Below, piece by piece: positions 9,760-11,397 of a stretch of DNA of 11,397 nt (position 1 is its first letter; every line of letters starts with the position of its first letter). The notes beneath the pieces were generated by a model, which worked only from the letters and a program-made list of their open reading frames with translations, made no database searches and was not told where the DNA came from. The stretch is from Octopus sinensis (lineage: Eukaryota): contig NW_021827022.1 in assembly GCF_006345805.1 (NCBI RefSeq), forward strand, positions 1-11,397, written 5' to 3'. The position numbers and the translations under genes were made by a program.

Positions 9760-10097
9760 GAAAAAACCCCATCCTAAATAAGTATATATTATATATATAT
9801 TATATTAAATTATAGATAAAACCACTATTAGGCAAATCAAACAGTGAAAATCATAAGCCAATACGTAGAAATAAAATTATTAATAAAATATATAAAATAT
9901 AAAATATAAAAGATATAAAATTCCAAATTAAAATATTTAAATTAAACTTAAAATTTAAATAATTTAAACTTATAAATTTTAAATATATATATATTTATTA
10001 TTATTATTATTTTATTTTATTTTATTTATTTATTTATTTATTTTTAAAAAATTATATAACTATCAAAAAGTATTAAAAGTTTAATAGAAGATAAAGA

Positions 10098-10215
10098 ATA
10101 AAAACACTACGATCTTTTCATGCCCGTAACCAATTCGAATAACAATAATTTAAATTCAATTAATAATTCAAATTATGGTTATAGTCAATCTTCAGGTTAA
10201 TTGTAATATTTTTAT
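10098..10215 (-). ncRNA. Decayed mirror copy of the 10651-10768 hammerhead motif
   Basis: CUGAAGA at 10195-10189, GAAAA instead of GAAAC (10119-10115), GAUC, GUA (10110-10108). Stem III is broken. Confidence 0.4.
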
Positions 10216-10650
10216 AAATAATCAGAAATATTTAAACAATATTTTAAATAAATAAATAATATAATAATTTTACTTATAAAAAACTCTATTATCAAGGTAG
10301 AAACTTAACGATTATGATTATATCAAAACATAGATTATAATGTTAAATTTTAGATCTTATTTATATACATTTATATATTTTCATTGATGATTTATATATT
10401 ACTTAAATTTTATATTTTTAATAATATAATAGTCCTTTTTGGAAAATATTTAGGTAATTAGATATTGACTATTACTGATATTAGATTATTGGTGGGTTTC
10501 TTACCTTGAAAATCAATATTTAACATTATAATCGATGTTTTGATATAATCATAATAGTTAAGTTTCTAGTTTGATAATAGAGTTTTTTATAAGTAAAATA
10601 ATTATATTATTTATTTCTAAAAAATATTGTTTAAATATTTCTGATTATTT

Positions 10651-10768
10651 ATTAAAATATTACAATTGACCTGAAGATTGACTGTAACCATAATTCGAAT
10701 TATAAATTGAATTTAAATTATTGTTCTTCGAATTGGTTACGGCATGAAACGATCGTAGTGTTTTTAAT
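10651..10768 (+). ncRNA. Candidate type I hammerhead with non-canonical first pair of stem II
   Basis: CUGAAGA (10671-10677); long stem II (UG-CUGUAACCA/UGGUUACGGCA plus AUUCGAA/UUCGAAU); GAAAC (10746-10750); palindromic loop GAUC; GUA triplet (10755-10757). The 10.1-11.1 position is U.U, and stem I is only 2 bp plus a bulged extension. Confidence 0.55.
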
Positions 10769-11152
10769 CTTTATCTTATATTGAACTTTTAATACTTTTT
10801 GATAGTTATATAATAATAAAAAAATTAATAAAATAAAAATAATAATAATAAATAATAATAAATATATATATATATATATATTTAAAATTAATAAGTTTAA
10901 ATAATTTAATAATTTTAAATATTTCAACTTTGATTAAATATTTTAAATTGGAATTTTATATCTTTTATATTTTATATTTTATATTTTTCGAATTAATTTT
11001 ATTTCTATGTATTAGCTTATGATTTTCAATGTTTGATTTGCCTAATAGTGGCTTTATCTCTAATTTAATATAATATATATTTATACTATATAATAGATTT
11101 AATCCTAAATCTAATTTTTCCCTGTAAGTTTGGATTTACTTCCTAATATTAT

Positions 11153-11200
<48 letters not shown>

Positions 11201-11202
<2 letters not shown>

Positions 11203-11263
11203 AAATAAGCAACAAGGATACCAAGGTAATGCAGTACGATCTTTTCATACAACTCCATTTAAT
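11201..11263. repeat. Dispersed repeat terminus abutting (TA)n, copy B
   Basis: AAATAAGCAACAAGGATACCAAGGTAATGCAGTACGATCTTTTCATACAACTCCATTT, homologous to 4751-4812; starts directly after (TA)n at 11148-11200. Confidence 0.7.
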
Positions 11264-11343
11264 CACCTTACTTTGAAATGTATGGATAATACCGTACTAT
11301 ACTATTATTATTATTATTTTTATTAATATTATTATTATTATTA

Positions 11344-11370
<27 letters not shown>

Positions 11371-11375
<5 letters not shown>

Positions 11376-11397
11376 TATGTTTGACTTTTGCCTTATA
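11371..11397 (-). mobile_element. 3' end of a second copy of the 5291-5447 element (runs off the window)
   Basis: TATTCTATGTTTGACTTTTGCCTTATA vs TATTCTATATTTGACTTTTGCTTTATA; both follow TTA tracts. Confidence 0.65.

Larger units (their letters stand above)
9781..11087. mobile_element. Large AT-rich fold-back element: inverted arms 9781-10348 and 10518-11087, 169-bp spacer
   Basis: Arms align by eye along their whole length, e.g. CCACTATTAGGCAAATCAAACA vs TGTTTGATTTGCCTAATAGTGG. About 20 substitutions were counted outside an internal AT microsatellite present in both arms. Each arm has a hammerhead-like motif. Confidence 0.85.

Noticed and set aside
10651-10768. Apparent compensatory change in distal stem I between the arms (ATTAAAA/TTTTAAT vs ATAAAAA/TTTTTAT)
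   Set aside because: The pairing register is ambiguous in homopolymer runs, and two copies cannot establish covariation.
9781-11087. Mitochondrial insertion (NUMT) because of extreme AT content
   Set aside because: No mitochondrial gene, tRNA or rRNA motif was recognised, and the spacer has stops even under the mitochondrial code.
9781-11087. A-to-G editing footprint between the inverted arms
   Set aside because: Arm differences are mixed, with many A/T and A/C transversions; no clear A-to-G excess by eye.

Overview
AT-rich, non-coding, repeat-dominated eukaryotic DNA. The SINE families look like those of a coleoid cephalopod (octopus); this is recognition from memory, not a database hit. 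No host gene is supported: the listed ORFs are microsatellite or repeat read-throughs. Contents: a Tc1/mariner transposase relic (229-350, -); four head-to-tail tRNA-derived SINEs (604-1450); a polarised array of R4/Dong-like non-LTR retrotransposon 3' ends in a (TTA)n tract (5291-6455), three of them 5'-truncated at the same codon; a full SINE and a SINE head (9019-9759); and many (TA)n/(TACA)n/(TTA)n tracts. The main signal is a set of type I hammerhead ribozyme (HHR) motifs from three apparently unrelated sequence families (4223-4321 -, 8654-8713 -, 10651-10768 + with a mirrored decayed copy at about 10098-10215 -). Two of these families sit in fold-back inverted repeats with arms of about 110 bp and 570 bp. 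All have a 2-bp stem III with a (near-)palindromic loop and run out into (TA)n. This matches Penelope-like element (PLE) termini or retrozyme-like non-autonomous elements.
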